Shown: positions 1 through 8,892, numbered from the stretch's first letter. The stretch is 34,477 nt of DNA from Escherichia coli (GCF_003334815.1 NZ_QOWO01000039.1); one strand, 5' to 3'. Numbers and translations are program-made. The notes: generated by a model not told the origin, from the letters alone.

Positions 1-211
1 ATCGACGATTGCTGGAAAGGCTGGGCCATACTCCTCCGGCAGAAGCAGAAAAAGCTTATTATGCTTCCATCGGAAACGATGATCTGGCAGCCTGAGTTCA
101 CAGATAAAACACTCTCCAGGAAACCCGGGGCGGTTCAGGAGGGCATCTTTAGTTACAAGCACCCAGACTAACCCTTGCCACAATAAACAGGCATGAACAC
201 TGACTGCTATT

Positions 212-245
212 GTAAGGCATTAACGGAGTCCGTATTGACGCTTAC
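212..245. repeat. IS66-family-like palindromic terminal repeat (gtaaggcattaacgg...ccgtattgacgcttac); orientation and parent element unresolved
   Basis: Its reverse complement begins gtaagcgtcaatacgg, matching the IS66 left end at 5142 (gtaagcgtcaacgggg) and the remnant right end at 8044-8077 (taagcgtcaatacggtgctccgttgacgcttac). Near-palindromic like the 8044-8077 end. Confidence 0.45.
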
Positions 246-279
246 GCTCAAGTCGCGACTAATACAACTAAATGAATGA

Positions 280-308
280 TTAACAGCTCAGCTAAACGGA
301 GCTGTTAA
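280..308 (-). terminator. Putative terminator hairpin downstream of lutC (perfect 10-bp inverted repeat ttaacagctc/gagctgttaa, 9-nt loop)
   Basis: Inverted repeat read directly; lies about 25 nt past the lutC stop on the minus strand; the U-tract after the stem is weak. Confidence 0.3.
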
Positions 309-331
309 TCGTATATACATACTAAAATGTA

Positions 332-1027
332 TTAGCAGTCATCAATAATCAAGTAAGTTGCATGTACTGGTCCATGCACACCAACAACTTTGATCAGTTC
401 TATATCTGCAGTAGAACTTGGGCCTCCAATCAGATTGATACAGGAAGGCAGTCGTTGTCCTTCCTGAGCCATTTCATGAAGTTTTTGCGCAAGCTGAGCC
501 ACTCGGGGGAGAATAGTGCTTTTGCGTAAAACAAATAATGATGCTTCAGGCAAAAGGCTTACTGAGCGCCCACGTTCTGGTGCGGAGAATAAGACAATGC
601 CTCCTGATTCTGTCAGCCCATACTCAGCGAAAACGACACCAGTTTTTGCCTTTTCAGCAAGATGGATATTTTCATCGCCCTTCTCCGGATCCCACAGAGC
701 AGCGTCCATTTCTTTTTGTAGCAATGGCGTAATCCCTGTATCGACCAGTCGTTGATCGTTGCTGATAATGACTGGCCCGGAACCGAACTTCCAACAGATG
801 TCTAAGGCTGTTGATGGTGCGTTCTCAGGCGACACCAGAACACACTCGGCAAGCATCACTTCCGAGGCAAATTTAATAAACGCCTCACAGCGTTGGTCTG
901 ATGTCAACTCTGTTAAACGTGTCGTAGCCAGCGTATTTACAGGCTCCGGCATTGCTTCGGGAATATGTCTTACTGGTCTGCCAAGCTTTCTGGCGATCGC
1001 AACGAGAAATTCCTCTCTGTTTTCCAT
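332..1027 (-). CDS. lutC: Lactate utilisation protein C (LutC/YkgG family)
   Basis: 231-aa ORF, last gene of a tightly spaced lutA-lutB-lutC arrangement; conserved C-terminal block ...AEYGLTESGG..LFS..ERGRS.SLLPE.SLF.LRKSTI.PR... resembles E. coli YkgG as recalled from memory. Confidence 0.85.
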   Translation of the reverse strand: MENREEFLVAIARKLGRPVRHIPEAMPEPVNTLATTRLTELTSDQRCEAFIKFASEVMLAECVLVSPENAPSTALDICWKFGSGPVIISNDQRLVDTGITPLLQKEMDAALWDPEKGDENIHLAEKAKTGVVFAEYGLTESGGIVLFSAPERGRSVSLLPEASLFVLRKSTILPRVAQLAQKLHEMAQEGQRLPSCINLIGGPSSTADIELIKVVGVHGPVHATYLIIDDC

Positions 1028-1030
1028 AAA

Positions 1031-2446
1031 TTACCCCTCCTTCTTATGTCGCTTGAACCAACTACGGAAGCTTTCTCCATCAGGTGATGGCAGGTCTCTG
1101 GCTTCAGTCCATTCTTTTATCGCTCCAACACTAATCGGCGTTTTTCCTTTCCTGATGAACAGACGGGCTGTTTTGGCCCCAGCAACCATACCTACCTTCC
1201 ACAACGCCGGATGGCTGTTTATGTAATTGAATGCTCTGGTTATACGGCGTTCCGTTAATGGTGTGATTTCAGACTCTGCCATAACCTGGCGATGTTTTTG
1301 TATTAGCGTTGCCAGAGGTATTTTTACAGGACATACCCCATTGCAGGCAGTGCACAATGAGCAGGCATAGGGTAAATCCTTAAAGTCTTCATATCCACCA
1401 AGCAATGGGGAAATAACCGCACCGATTGGCCCCGGGTAGATTGAACCATAACCATGCCCACCAATCTGACGATAAGCCGGGCAGGTATTAATGCAGGCAC
1501 CGCAGCGGATACATCGCAATACATCGCTGAATTCTGAGCCGAGAATCTCTGAACGCCCATTGTCAACAATAACGAGATGGAACTCTTCCGGACCATCAAC
1601 ATGTCCTTCTTCTCTGGGGCCTGTAAGCCAGGTGTTATAACCTGTCAGTCTCGCCCCGACAGCACTCCTTGCAAGCATGGTAATCAGAACATCCACCTCC
1701 TGGAATGTCGGAGCAATACGCTCCATACCCATAACAGCAATATGTGTTTTAGGTAATGTGGTGCACATCCGTGCGTTGCCTTCGTTTGTAACAAGGCAGA
1801 CTGACCCTGTTTCTGCAACGGCAAAGTTACACCCCGTTACGCCAACTTCAGCACTCAGAAAATCTTGTCTGATTTTCTCACGGATGAACAATGTCATTGC
1901 TTCTGGAGTTTCAGGCCCGTCATACCCCAGATGTTCATGTAAAACTCTGCGGATTTGATGGCGATCTTTATGTATTGCCGGCACAACCACATGCGATGGT
2001 GGCTCATGTGCTAGCTGAAGAATATATTCCCCAAGGTCCGTTTCAATCACGGGTATCCCGGCTTTCTGAAGAACGGCATTCATGCCAATTTCCTCAGTCA
2101 CCATTGATTTGGATTTAACAACCTTCCTGGCGTTTTTTTCTTTCGCCACCTTCAGTATGTAACTGGTTGCATCCTCTCTGGTACGGGCAAAATATACATG
2201 CCCGCCATTCGCAGTAACCTTTTCGGACAATTGATACAAATAAGCATCAAGATTTTCCAGAACATGCCGACGAATCTGTTCAGCTCGTGAACGCCATTCC
2301 TCCCAGTGTCCCAGTTCATCAACCATTTTCTGTCGATTAGTCCCTATGCGCTCCTGTGCGTTAGCCACAGCTTTTCGCATGATCGGGTCCTGAATCTGAA
2401 TACGGATACGCTCTTTAAACCTGATATCACTTGTTTTCAAAGACAT
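1031..2446 (-). CDS. lutB: Lactate utilisation protein B (LutB/YkgF family), 4Fe-4S iron-sulfur protein
   Basis: 471-aa ORF with ferredoxin-type cysteine motifs CIRCGACINTCP and CSLCTACNGVCP; 3-bp gap to lutC and 10-bp gap to lutA. Confidence 0.9.
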   Translation of the reverse strand: MSLKTSDIRFKERIRIQIQDPIMRKAVANAQERIGTNRQKMVDELGHWEEWRSRAEQIRRHVLENLDAYLYQLSEKVTANGGHVYFARTREDATSYILKVAKEKNARKVVKSKSMVTEEIGMNAVLQKAGIPVIETDLGEYILQLAHEPPSHVVVPAIHKDRHQIRRVLHEHLGYDGPETPEAMTLFIREKIRQDFLSAEVGVTGCNFAVAETGSVCLVTNEGNARMCTTLPKTHIAVMGMERIAPTFQEVDVLITMLARSAVGARLTGYNTWLTGPREEGHVDGPEEFHLVIVDNGRSEILGSEFSDVLRCIRCGACINTCPAYRQIGGHGYGSIYPGPIGAVISPLLGGYEDFKDLPYACSLCTACNGVCPVKIPLATLIQKHRQVMAESEITPLTERRITRAFNYINSHPALWKVGMVAGAKTARLFIRKGKTPISVGAIKEWTEARDLPSPDGESFRSWFKRHKKEG

Positions 2447-2456
2447 TCTGTTTACC

Positions 2457-3176
2457 TCATCTGTGCATCAGGACTTCAGCAATATGCATCACTTTTACAG
2501 GATGCCCTTCACGGTTAAGCCGACCGCCGATGTTTAGCAGGCAACTGGCGTCAGCCCCGATAAGAAAATCAGGTTTAACATCCATAATATGCCCGACTTT
2601 CTCTTTCACCATTTCACCAGAGATCTCCGCCATTTTTACAGAGAATGTGCCGCCAAACCCGCAGCACGTTTCCTGAGCGTGAAACGGCAGTAGCTCAAGC
2701 CCCTGTACATTCTCAAGTAGCAAAAGCGGCTCTCTGGTTACACCCAGCTTACGGGAAAGGCTGCAGGAGGGATGGTACACAGCGCGACCATTGAGTTTTG
2801 CCCCAACATCTGTGATGCCAAGATGATTTACTATAAATGATGTCAAATCATGCAGGCGTTCAGCCACTTTTTCAGCTCGTGCCGCCCACTCAGGTTCTTC
2901 ACTGAGATAGCGAGCGTAATTTTTTATCGTGTAAGTGCATGACCCGGCAGGAGATACTACCGGCCAGTCATTCTCTTCCAGCGAAGATATGAGATTTTTC
3001 ATGCCCGGGATGGCATCACGAACATAACCGCCATTTATCGCTGGCTGACCACAACATCCCTGCTTTTCGGGGAAATGGACATTGCAACCCAATTGCTCCA
3101 GTAACAGCACACTCTTTTGTGCCATCCGGGATTTAAACGCATCACCAATGCAGGTGACGAAAAAGTTAACATTCAC
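2457..3176 (-). CDS. lutA: Lactate utilisation protein A (LutA/YkgE family), cysteine-rich Fe-S oxidoreductase subunit
   Basis: 239-aa ORF; N-terminus MNVNFFVTCIGD... and CCG-type cysteine motifs (GCCGQP, CCGFGG) typical of YkgE/LutA; first of the three lut genes. Confidence 0.9.
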   Translation of the reverse strand: MNVNFFVTCIGDAFKSRMAQKSVLLLEQLGCNVHFPEKQGCCGQPAINGGYVRDAIPGMKNLISSLEENDWPVVSPAGSCTYTIKNYARYLSEEPEWAARAEKVAERLHDLTSFIVNHLGITDVGAKLNGRAVYHPSCSLSRKLGVTREPLLLLENVQGLELLPFHAQETCCGFGGTFSVKMAEISGEMVKEKVGHIMDVKPDFLIGADASCLLNIGGRLNREGHPVKVMHIAEVLMHR

Positions 3177-3225
3177 AGAAATTTCTCCTGTTGATTAATA
3201 TTCCACGTCCTTTTGTTGTTTTTTC

Positions 3226-4782
3226 TCAGGCCATGAACAGGTGGTAGACAAGGCCTACTTTCAGTCCAAGAATAACAATATAAGCAAAGCAGTACTTCAG
3301 TGTTCCTGACATGATTACGCTGCCCTGACCATCCATACGGGTGGCTGAAACAGCGATAGCAATACTCTGAGGAGAAATCATTTTGCCGCCTGTTGCGCCA
3401 GATGTATTTGCGGCAGCCAGCCAGAGCGGGTCCACATGCAATTTTTCAGCCGCAGTAGTCTGCAATTTACCAAACAGAATGTTGGAGTTTGTGTCACTAC
3501 CAGTAACAAATGTACCAAGAGCGCCGATAACCGGAGCAATGAAGAGGTAGGCCCCACCAGTCAGATCCACAAGGCTCTGTGCCAGAGTGCCAATCAACCC
3601 ACAGACATCCATTACCGTTGCCATGGCAACAATCGCAGAAATGGCAATAATGGAGTTTTTAAGTTGTTTTACCGTGCTGACAAATACGTTTAACAGGCAT
3701 GACAGGGATGCTTTCTGTATCAAGCCGCCAATAACACTGGCAATGATAATCAGAACACCGGGGGTTGCGATCCATTCAATTTTCATCGACAGATTGCTGC
3801 CGTTACTCAGAGAGAAGGTGAGTGACGAGGCAATCTGAGACACTGCACTTTTTATCGTCGGGAACAGTGGAGAGCAAAGCAGAATGAACAGAAAGATCAG
3901 AATGTAGATTGAGCACGCACGTAACAACGCCCCACGAGAGTATGAAAGTGCGCTGGCGCTATCTGCTGAACTCTCAATAAGAAATTCAGGTTCTGTTTTT
4001 TCTTTACGGTTTTTTGCCATAAAGACTATAACGATCAGACTGACAAGACTTCCTGCGAAAGCCGGGAGCTCTGCGCCAAGATTAACAGCCACCAGATACT
4101 GAGGTATCAATGTGCTAATACCGCACATCAGGGTAATTAACCCTACGCCTCGTATAGCTTTCATACCTCCACCGATAATCGTGACGATAACGAAGGGGAG
4201 CAGAATGTTGAACAGTGCCAGCTGAAGAATAATCGTCCCGCTGAGTGTGGTTACAGGTAAATTAACTTGTTCAGCAAGCACGGAGACAGGTATACCGACT
4301 GCCCCAAACGCTGTAGGGACTGTATTAGCAACCAGTGATGCAATCGCTGCTTTTAGTGGGTTAAAGCCCAGTGCAATGAGTATACCTATGGGGATTGCTA
4401 CCGCTGTACCGTATCCGGCGGCCGCCTCAAGAAATCCGCCAAAACACCATGAGATAAGAAGAACCTGGATGCGTTTATCGTCACTAACGCTCGCCAGAAC
4501 ATTTCTCAGAATATCCATGCTTTTTGTCGCATTCATCAGGTTATAGCTGTAAATGGCAGCAAGGATGACAATCACAATCGGCCACAAACCTTTGATTGCG
4601 CCGTATACCACAGCAGATCCCATATCCATAACTGGCGTCTGCCAGAAAACCCCTCCAAGGATTAGCGTGAGCAGGAGAGTGCTAAGCACAGAATAGTGTA
4701 TGGGCATTTTGACTTTCAGAATCAAAATGATCATCGCCAGAAGGGGGGTAAGTCCCAGTAAAAAAAGCAGGTAATCGTGCAT
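3226..4782 (-). CDS. lctP: L-lactate permease (LctP family), polytopic inner-membrane transporter
   Basis: 518-aa highly hydrophobic ORF with multiple predicted transmembrane segments, directly upstream of lutABC on the same strand (49-bp gap); RBS aaggaa before the ATG. Confidence 0.8.
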   Translation of the reverse strand: MHDYLLFLLGLTPLLAMIILILKVKMPIHYSVLSTLLLTLILGGVFWQTPVMDMGSAVVYGAIKGLWPIVIVILAAIYSYNLMNATKSMDILRNVLASVSDDKRIQVLLISWCFGGFLEAAAGYGTAVAIPIGILIALGFNPLKAAIASLVANTVPTAFGAVGIPVSVLAEQVNLPVTTLSGTIILQLALFNILLPFVIVTIIGGGMKAIRGVGLITLMCGISTLIPQYLVAVNLGAELPAFAGSLVSLIVIVFMAKNRKEKTEPEFLIESSADSASALSYSRGALLRACSIYILIFLFILLCSPLFPTIKSAVSQIASSLTFSLSNGSNLSMKIEWIATPGVLIIIASVIGGLIQKASLSCLLNVFVSTVKQLKNSIIAISAIVAMATVMDVCGLIGTLAQSLVDLTGGAYLFIAPVIGALGTFVTGSDTNSNILFGKLQTTAAEKLHVDPLWLAAANTSGATGGKMISPQSIAIAVSATRMDGQGSVIMSGTLKYCFAYIVILGLKVGLVYHLFMA

Positions 4783-5360
4783 GTCATTTCCTTAAACGAA
4801 AACAAAGTCAGCATCATTACTGTGGTTATTGATAGTTTCCACGCCCTGTCGGACGAGAGTGTTTATTTATCAGGGGGAGAATGAGTATCGTCTCCAAAAT
4901 TGGGATGTTCTTATAAAGTATTTTTTAGTTTAAAAAATATAGCTGAATCGTTTCATTGTTATCTTCCATGAATAAATGTTATGAAATAATACTTTTTGGG
5001 TATTTTTTGTTTATGCGTGTAACACTTGTGTGCTATCCCGATATAACCTTAAGACTGGAGTTGCAACTGGAGCTCGTCGAAAATCAACGCCCAAATCCTC
5101 GACAAATGGAGAAAGAGAATGAGCAATATCACCAGGAATAGGTAAGCGTCAACGGGGATGAAATACGGGGATTACCGGAGTCAGAGCGTCTTGCCGTCAG
5201 GCAGCAGCGAAGCAAAGTGTTACTGACGTCACTGCATGAATGGATGGTGGAGAAGAATGGTACGCTGTCGAAAAAATGTAAGCGTCGTCTGAGTACCGTC
5301 TGGTCCCGAATCCAGGATCCTGTAACTTAAGCACCCACTTATTTTGCAGGTGGACACCTC

Positions 5361-5744
5361 ATGCGCGCTAAAGAAAGACTTCCCCGGAAACACTATTCCC
5401 CTGAATTCAAAATGGAACTGGTCAGGCTGGCTCTTGAAGAAGAAGGCAGTATTGCCGCACTGGCCCGGAAACATGACGTCAATGATAACCTGCTCTTTAA
5501 ATGGATAAGGCTCTGGCAGCGTGAAGGGCGGGTCTGTCGGCCCCGAAAAAACTCATCGTCGCTTCCTGCCCTGATACCCGTGCAGCTTCAGGCGGGCTCT
5601 TCTCTCCCAACCTTCGAACTACCATCCTGCTCTCCTCCCGCTACCTGCCACATAAAATGTCGGGGAGGAGAAATAACACTGACTCATCCCTCTGCTGAAC
5701 TCATGAGCACTGTCCTGCGCGAACTGATGCGGGGGCCTGTATGA
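5361..5744 (+). CDS. tnpA: IS66-family accessory protein OrfA (TnpA)
   Basis: 127-aa ORF, first in the IS66-type three-gene arrangement; its stop overlaps the orfB start (ATGA). Confidence 0.8.
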   Translation: MRAKERLPRKHYSPEFKMELVRLALEEEGSIAALARKHDVNDNLLFKWIRLWQREGRVCRPRKNSSSLPALIPVQLQAGSSLPTFELPSCSPPATCHIKCRGGEITLTHPSAELMSTVLRELMRGPV

Positions 5745-6088
5745 TAAATCTTCCCGCAGGCACAAAAATCTGGCTGGTTGCCGGTATCACCGATATGCGC
5801 AACGGCTTCAATGGCCTCGCCGCAAAGGTGCAGACCGCGCTGAAAGATGACCCGATGTCCGGCCACGTCTTCATCTTCCGGGGACGCAGCGGCAGTCAGG
5901 TAAAACTGCTCTGGTCCACCGGCGATGGTCTGTGCCTGCTGACAAAGCGACTAGAACGTGGTCGCTTCGCCTGGCCCTCAGCCCGCGATGGCAAAGTGTT
6001 CCTGACGCCGGCGCAACTGGCGATGCTGATGGAAGGTATCGACTGGCGACAGCCAAAGCGGTTACTGACATCCCTGACCATGTTGTAG
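5741..6088 (+). CDS. tnpB: IS66-family accessory protein OrfB (TnpB)
   Basis: 115-aa ORF translationally coupled to orfA; precedes the transposase gene. Confidence 0.8.
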   Translation: MINLPAGTKIWLVAGITDMRNGFNGLAAKVQTALKDDPMSGHVFIFRGRSGSQVKLLWSTGDGLCLLTKRLERGRFAWPSARDGKVFLTPAQLAMLMEGIDWRQPKRLLTSLTML

Positions 6089-6137
6089 CGCTCTTTATCC
6101 TGGTTGTCGCAGAATAAGCCTGGTAAAATACAGGCTT

Positions 6138-7672
6138 ATGAACGACACCTCTTCTGACGACATCCTTCTGCTGAAACAGCGCCTGGCCGAACAGGAAGCG
6201 TTGATCCACGCCCTGCAGGAAAAGCTGAGCAACCGGGAACGCGAAATAGACCATCTGCAGGCGCAACTGGATAAGCTGCGCCGGATGAACTTCGGCAGTC
6301 GTTCCGAAAAGGTATCCCGCGTATCGCGCAAATGGAAGCTGACCTGAACCTGCTGCAGCAGGAAAGCGATACGCTGACCGGCCGGGTGGATGACCCGGCA
6401 GTGCAGCGCCCGCTGCGTCAGACCCGCACCCGCAAACCGTTCCCTGAGTCACTCCCACGGGATGAGAAGCGGCTGCTGCCGACTGAGCCGTGTTGCCCGG
6501 AGTGCGGTGGTTCGCTGAGTTACCTGGGTGAGGATGCCGCCGAACAGCTGGAGCTGATGCGCAGCGCCTTCCGGGTTATCCGGACAGTCCGTGAAAAGCA
6601 TGCCTGCCGTCGGTGCGATCGCATCGTTCAGGCCCCGGCTCCTTCGCGCCCCATCGAACGGGGGATCGCCGGACCGGGGCTGCTGGCCCGAGTGCTGACC
6701 TCAAAGTATGCAGAGCACATACCGCTGTATCGCCAGTCGGAGATCTATGCCCGCCAGGGTGTAGTGTTGAGTCGTTCTGTACTGTCGGGCTGGGTGGATG
6801 CGTGTTGTCGTCTGCTGGCACCGCTGGATGAAGCCCTTCAGCACTATGTCCTGACCGACGGCAAACTCCATGCTGACGATATGCCTGTCCCGGTGCTGTT
6901 GCCGGGCAATAAGAAGACGAAGACCGGGCGCTTATGGACGTACGTTCGAGACGACCGCAACGCCGGATCAGCGCTGGCCCCCGCAGTGTGGTTCGCTTAC
7001 AGCCCGGACAGAAAAGGTATCCACCCTCAGACCCATCTTGCAGGCTTCAGTGGCGTACTGCAGGCTGATGCCTACGCCGGGTTCAACGAGCTCTACCGCG
7101 ACGGCCATATAAAGGAAGCCGCGTGCTGGGCCCATGCCCGCCGAAAAATCCACGATGTTCACGTCCGTACCCCGTCAGCCCTGACGGAGGAGGCGCTGAA
7201 ACGGATCGGCGAGCTGTATGCCATCGAGTCGGAGCTCAGAGGTAAAAGAGCAGAGGAACGGCAGGCAGTCCGGCACCAAAAAGTGCTGCCGCTGCTGGCG
7301 TCACTGGAGGGGTGGCTGCGGGAGAAACAGAAAACCCTCTCAAGGCACTCAGAACTGGCGAAGGCGTTCGGGTATGCGCTGAACCAGTGGCCGGCGCTGA
7401 CCCGCTATGCAGAAGATGGCTGGGTGGAGGTGGATAATAACATTGCCGAAAACGCCCTACGACTGGTCAGTCTGGGGAGAAAAAACTGGCTGTTCTTCGG
7501 CTCGGATCATGGTGGTGAGCGCGGTGCGTCACTGTACAGTCTTATCGGGACGTGCAAATTAAACGGCGTGGATCCGGAACGCTATCTGCATCATGTACTT
7601 GATGTCATCGCCGACTGGCCTGTGAACCGGGTGGGTGCTCTGCTCCCGTGGCGGGTTACTCTGCCTGCCTGA
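6138..7672 (+). pseudogene. tnpC: IS66-family transposase (TnpC) split by a frameshift near 6330-6347
   Basis: Track ORFs 6138..6347 (N-terminal coiled-coil/leucine-zipper-like segment) and 6332..7672 (zinc-finger-like CxxC...CxxC, catalytic core, C-terminal ...LLPWRVTLPA) overlap in different frames and together make one IS66-type transposase. Confidence 0.75.
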
Positions 7673-7713
7673 CCAGCTTCACTTCGTCAATACGGTTCTC
7701 ACTGCACGCTTAC

Positions 7714-8047
7714 GAAAAAATCCAGACTGGGCGAAGCGTTCAGCTATGTACTGAATCAGTGGGATGCCCTCTGTTATTACAGTGATGACGGTCTGGCGGA
7801 GGCGGATAATAATGCTGCGGAAAGAGCGCTTCGTGCAGTCTGTCTCGGAAAGAAAAACTTTATGTTCTTTGGCAGCGATCACGGCGGCGAGCGTGGAGCA
7901 CTGTTGTACGGGCTGATCGGCACCTGCCGTCTGAACGGTATCGATCCGGAAGCGTATCTGCGCCATATCCTGAGCGTACTGCCAGAATGGCCTTCCAACC
8001 GAGTTGATGAACTCCTGCCATGGAACGTAGTACTCACCAATAAATAA
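7714..8047 (+). pseudogene. Truncated IS66-family transposase, C-terminal ~110 codons only
   Basis: In-frame translation of 7714-8047 matches the C-terminal region of IS66 TnpC; there is no N-terminal part and no orfA/orfB upstream. Confidence 0.7.
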
Positions 8048-8077
8048 GCGTCAATACGGTGCTCCGTTGACGCTTAC
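7714..8077 (+). mobile_element. 3' remnant of a second IS66-family element: partial transposase C-terminus plus palindromic right terminal repeat
   Basis: Starts immediately after the first element's right end; encodes ...FMFFGSDHGGERGALLYGLIGTCRLNGIDPEAYLRHILSVLPEWPSNRVDELLPWNVVLTNK, diverged from the intact copy's C-terminus; ends in a repeat whose reverse complement is gtaagcgtcaacgg... Confidence 0.7.
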
Positions 8078-8125
8078 AGTTTTTTCAGAAGACGGCAAAG
8101 TAGAGATGGCTGGTTCAGGTTCAGA

Positions 8126-8270
8126 GCATGAGTTTCCCCGGTGTGACGGGCATGGCGGGGCGGATTTTGCAGATACAAAAGACGTAAAAAAACCGACTGG
8201 TGAGGCCGGCTTTTTTACTGTTACGCTACAAAGTTGATGACTCTGACCAGAAAAGAGCTGTCTATAACTG
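8126..8270. repeat. Repeat family copy A (~145 bp) with a 19-codon ORF (8128-8187, MSFPGVTGMAGRILQIQKT) and a terminator-like hairpin
   Basis: Aligned by eye to copy C over about 145 bp from catgagt...cccggt...ggcatgg.gggcggatt through the hairpin to gaaaag...tct. Confidence 0.6.
8186..8216. terminator. Bidirectional intrinsic-terminator-like hairpin (A7-ccgac-tggtgag-gccggc-T6) in repeat copy A
   Basis: GC stem flanked by an A-run on one side and a T-run on the other, so it can terminate on either strand. Confidence 0.5.
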
Positions 8271-8554
8271 ACGCTAAAAATGATAATTTGTTCTACCTGA
8301 TTAATGCAACATGCCATAAGTTTACGGGAAAGGCTGACCACCTGATATTGTTGCAAAATACGAAAGTCGTCAAAATCGCGGTGGGGAGCTTGAGGCTGTA
8401 AGCTGAAAGCGTTTGTGAAAGCCCCGGGAGATTGTTCTATCAATCAACCAAGGGCTCTACTGTAATGCCTAGACAACATTATAGTAGCCCGCTGACGTCC
8501 TCCACGCCAGAGGGAGCTTGCTACGTACAGCTTGTCGTTACTCAGAAGTAATAA

Positions 8555-8625
8555 ATGTAAAAAAACCGACTGATGAGGTCGGTTTTCTTACTGTTCCGTT
8601 ACAGAGTTGGTGGCCCTGACTGGAG
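8555..8625. repeat. Repeat family copy B (partial: hairpin plus conserved downstream segment only)
   Basis: gtaaaaaaaccgactgatgaggtcggttttcttactgttccgttacagagttggtgg matches the terminator-proximal part of copies A and C; the small-ORF part is absent. Confidence 0.5.
8559..8589. terminator. Terminator-like hairpin in repeat copy B (A7-ccgac-tgatgag-gtcgg-TTTTCTT)
   Basis: Perfect 5-bp GC-rich stem with flanking A-run and T-rich run. Confidence 0.4.
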
Positions 8626-8745
8626 GAAATCTCTTTTCAGCTAACGTTCTTATAATAGTGTTCTGTTCATTTGATAACAACCACCCTTGTAATCCGCAGG
8701 TTAGCACTGTCTGGCGACACTTCTGTCGTGATGACGGTAACCAGA

Positions 8746-8892
8746 ACATGAGTCTTCCCGGTATAACAGGCATGGTGGGGCGGATTTGCAGAAACAACAG
8801 ATGTAAAAAAACCGACTGGTGAGGTCGGCTTTTTTACTGTTCCGCTACAGAGTTGGTTGCTCTGGGCGGGAAAAGACAGTCTGTATCTAACA
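8746..8892. repeat. Repeat family copy C (~145 bp) with a 24-codon ORF (8748-8822, MSLPGITGMVGRICRNNRCKKTDW) and a terminator-like hairpin
   Basis: Same unit as copy A; the small ORF shares its first 13 codons with copy A, then diverges through a 1-nt indel. Confidence 0.6.
8805..8835. terminator. Bidirectional intrinsic-terminator-like hairpin (A7-ccgac-tggtgag-gtcgg-c-T6) in repeat copy C
   Basis: Perfect stem with A-run and T-run on either side. Confidence 0.5.

Larger units (their letters stand above)
5142..7713 (+). mobile_element. IS66-family insertion sequence (orfA-orfB-tnpC), transposase frameshifted
   Basis: Left end gtaagcgtcaacgggg at 5142; three-gene IS66 layout with ATGA overlap between orfA and orfB; imperfect inverted end ...actgcacgcttac at about 7713. 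No 8-bp target-site duplication found. Confidence 0.75.

Noticed and set aside
1-211. Possible 3' end of a plus-strand gene at the window edge
   Set aside because: The three plus-frame translations are short, stop-interrupted and unrecognisable; insufficient to call a CDS.
4956-5141. 61-aa plus-strand ORF ending exactly at the IS66 boundary, considered as a truncated regulator
   Set aside because: AT-rich, low-complexity hydrophobic translation with no recognisable DNA-binding motif and no convincing RBS; likely chance ORF in the lctP leader.
6138-6347. Programmed ribosomal frameshift in the IS66 transposase
   Set aside because: IS66-family transposases are normally a single ORF and no slippery heptamer is evident at the overlap; an inactivating indel or sequencing error is more likely.
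5871-6458. 195-aa minus-strand ORF inside the IS66 element
   Set aside because: Antisense to orfB and tnpC; no start context; the IS66 gene set on the plus strand explains the region.
8051-8443. 130-aa minus-strand ORF spanning repeat copy A
   Set aside because: Reads straight through the terminator hairpin and the repeat; no RBS; better explained as non-coding repeat DNA.
8588-8822. Track ORFs 8607..8822 (+) and 8588..8797 (-) across repeat copies B and C
   Set aside because: The plus ORF starts at a TTG inside repeat B and runs through inter-repeat DNA; only its last 24 codons (the conserved mini-ORF of copy C) are plausibly meaningful. The minus ORF is antisense to the same DNA.
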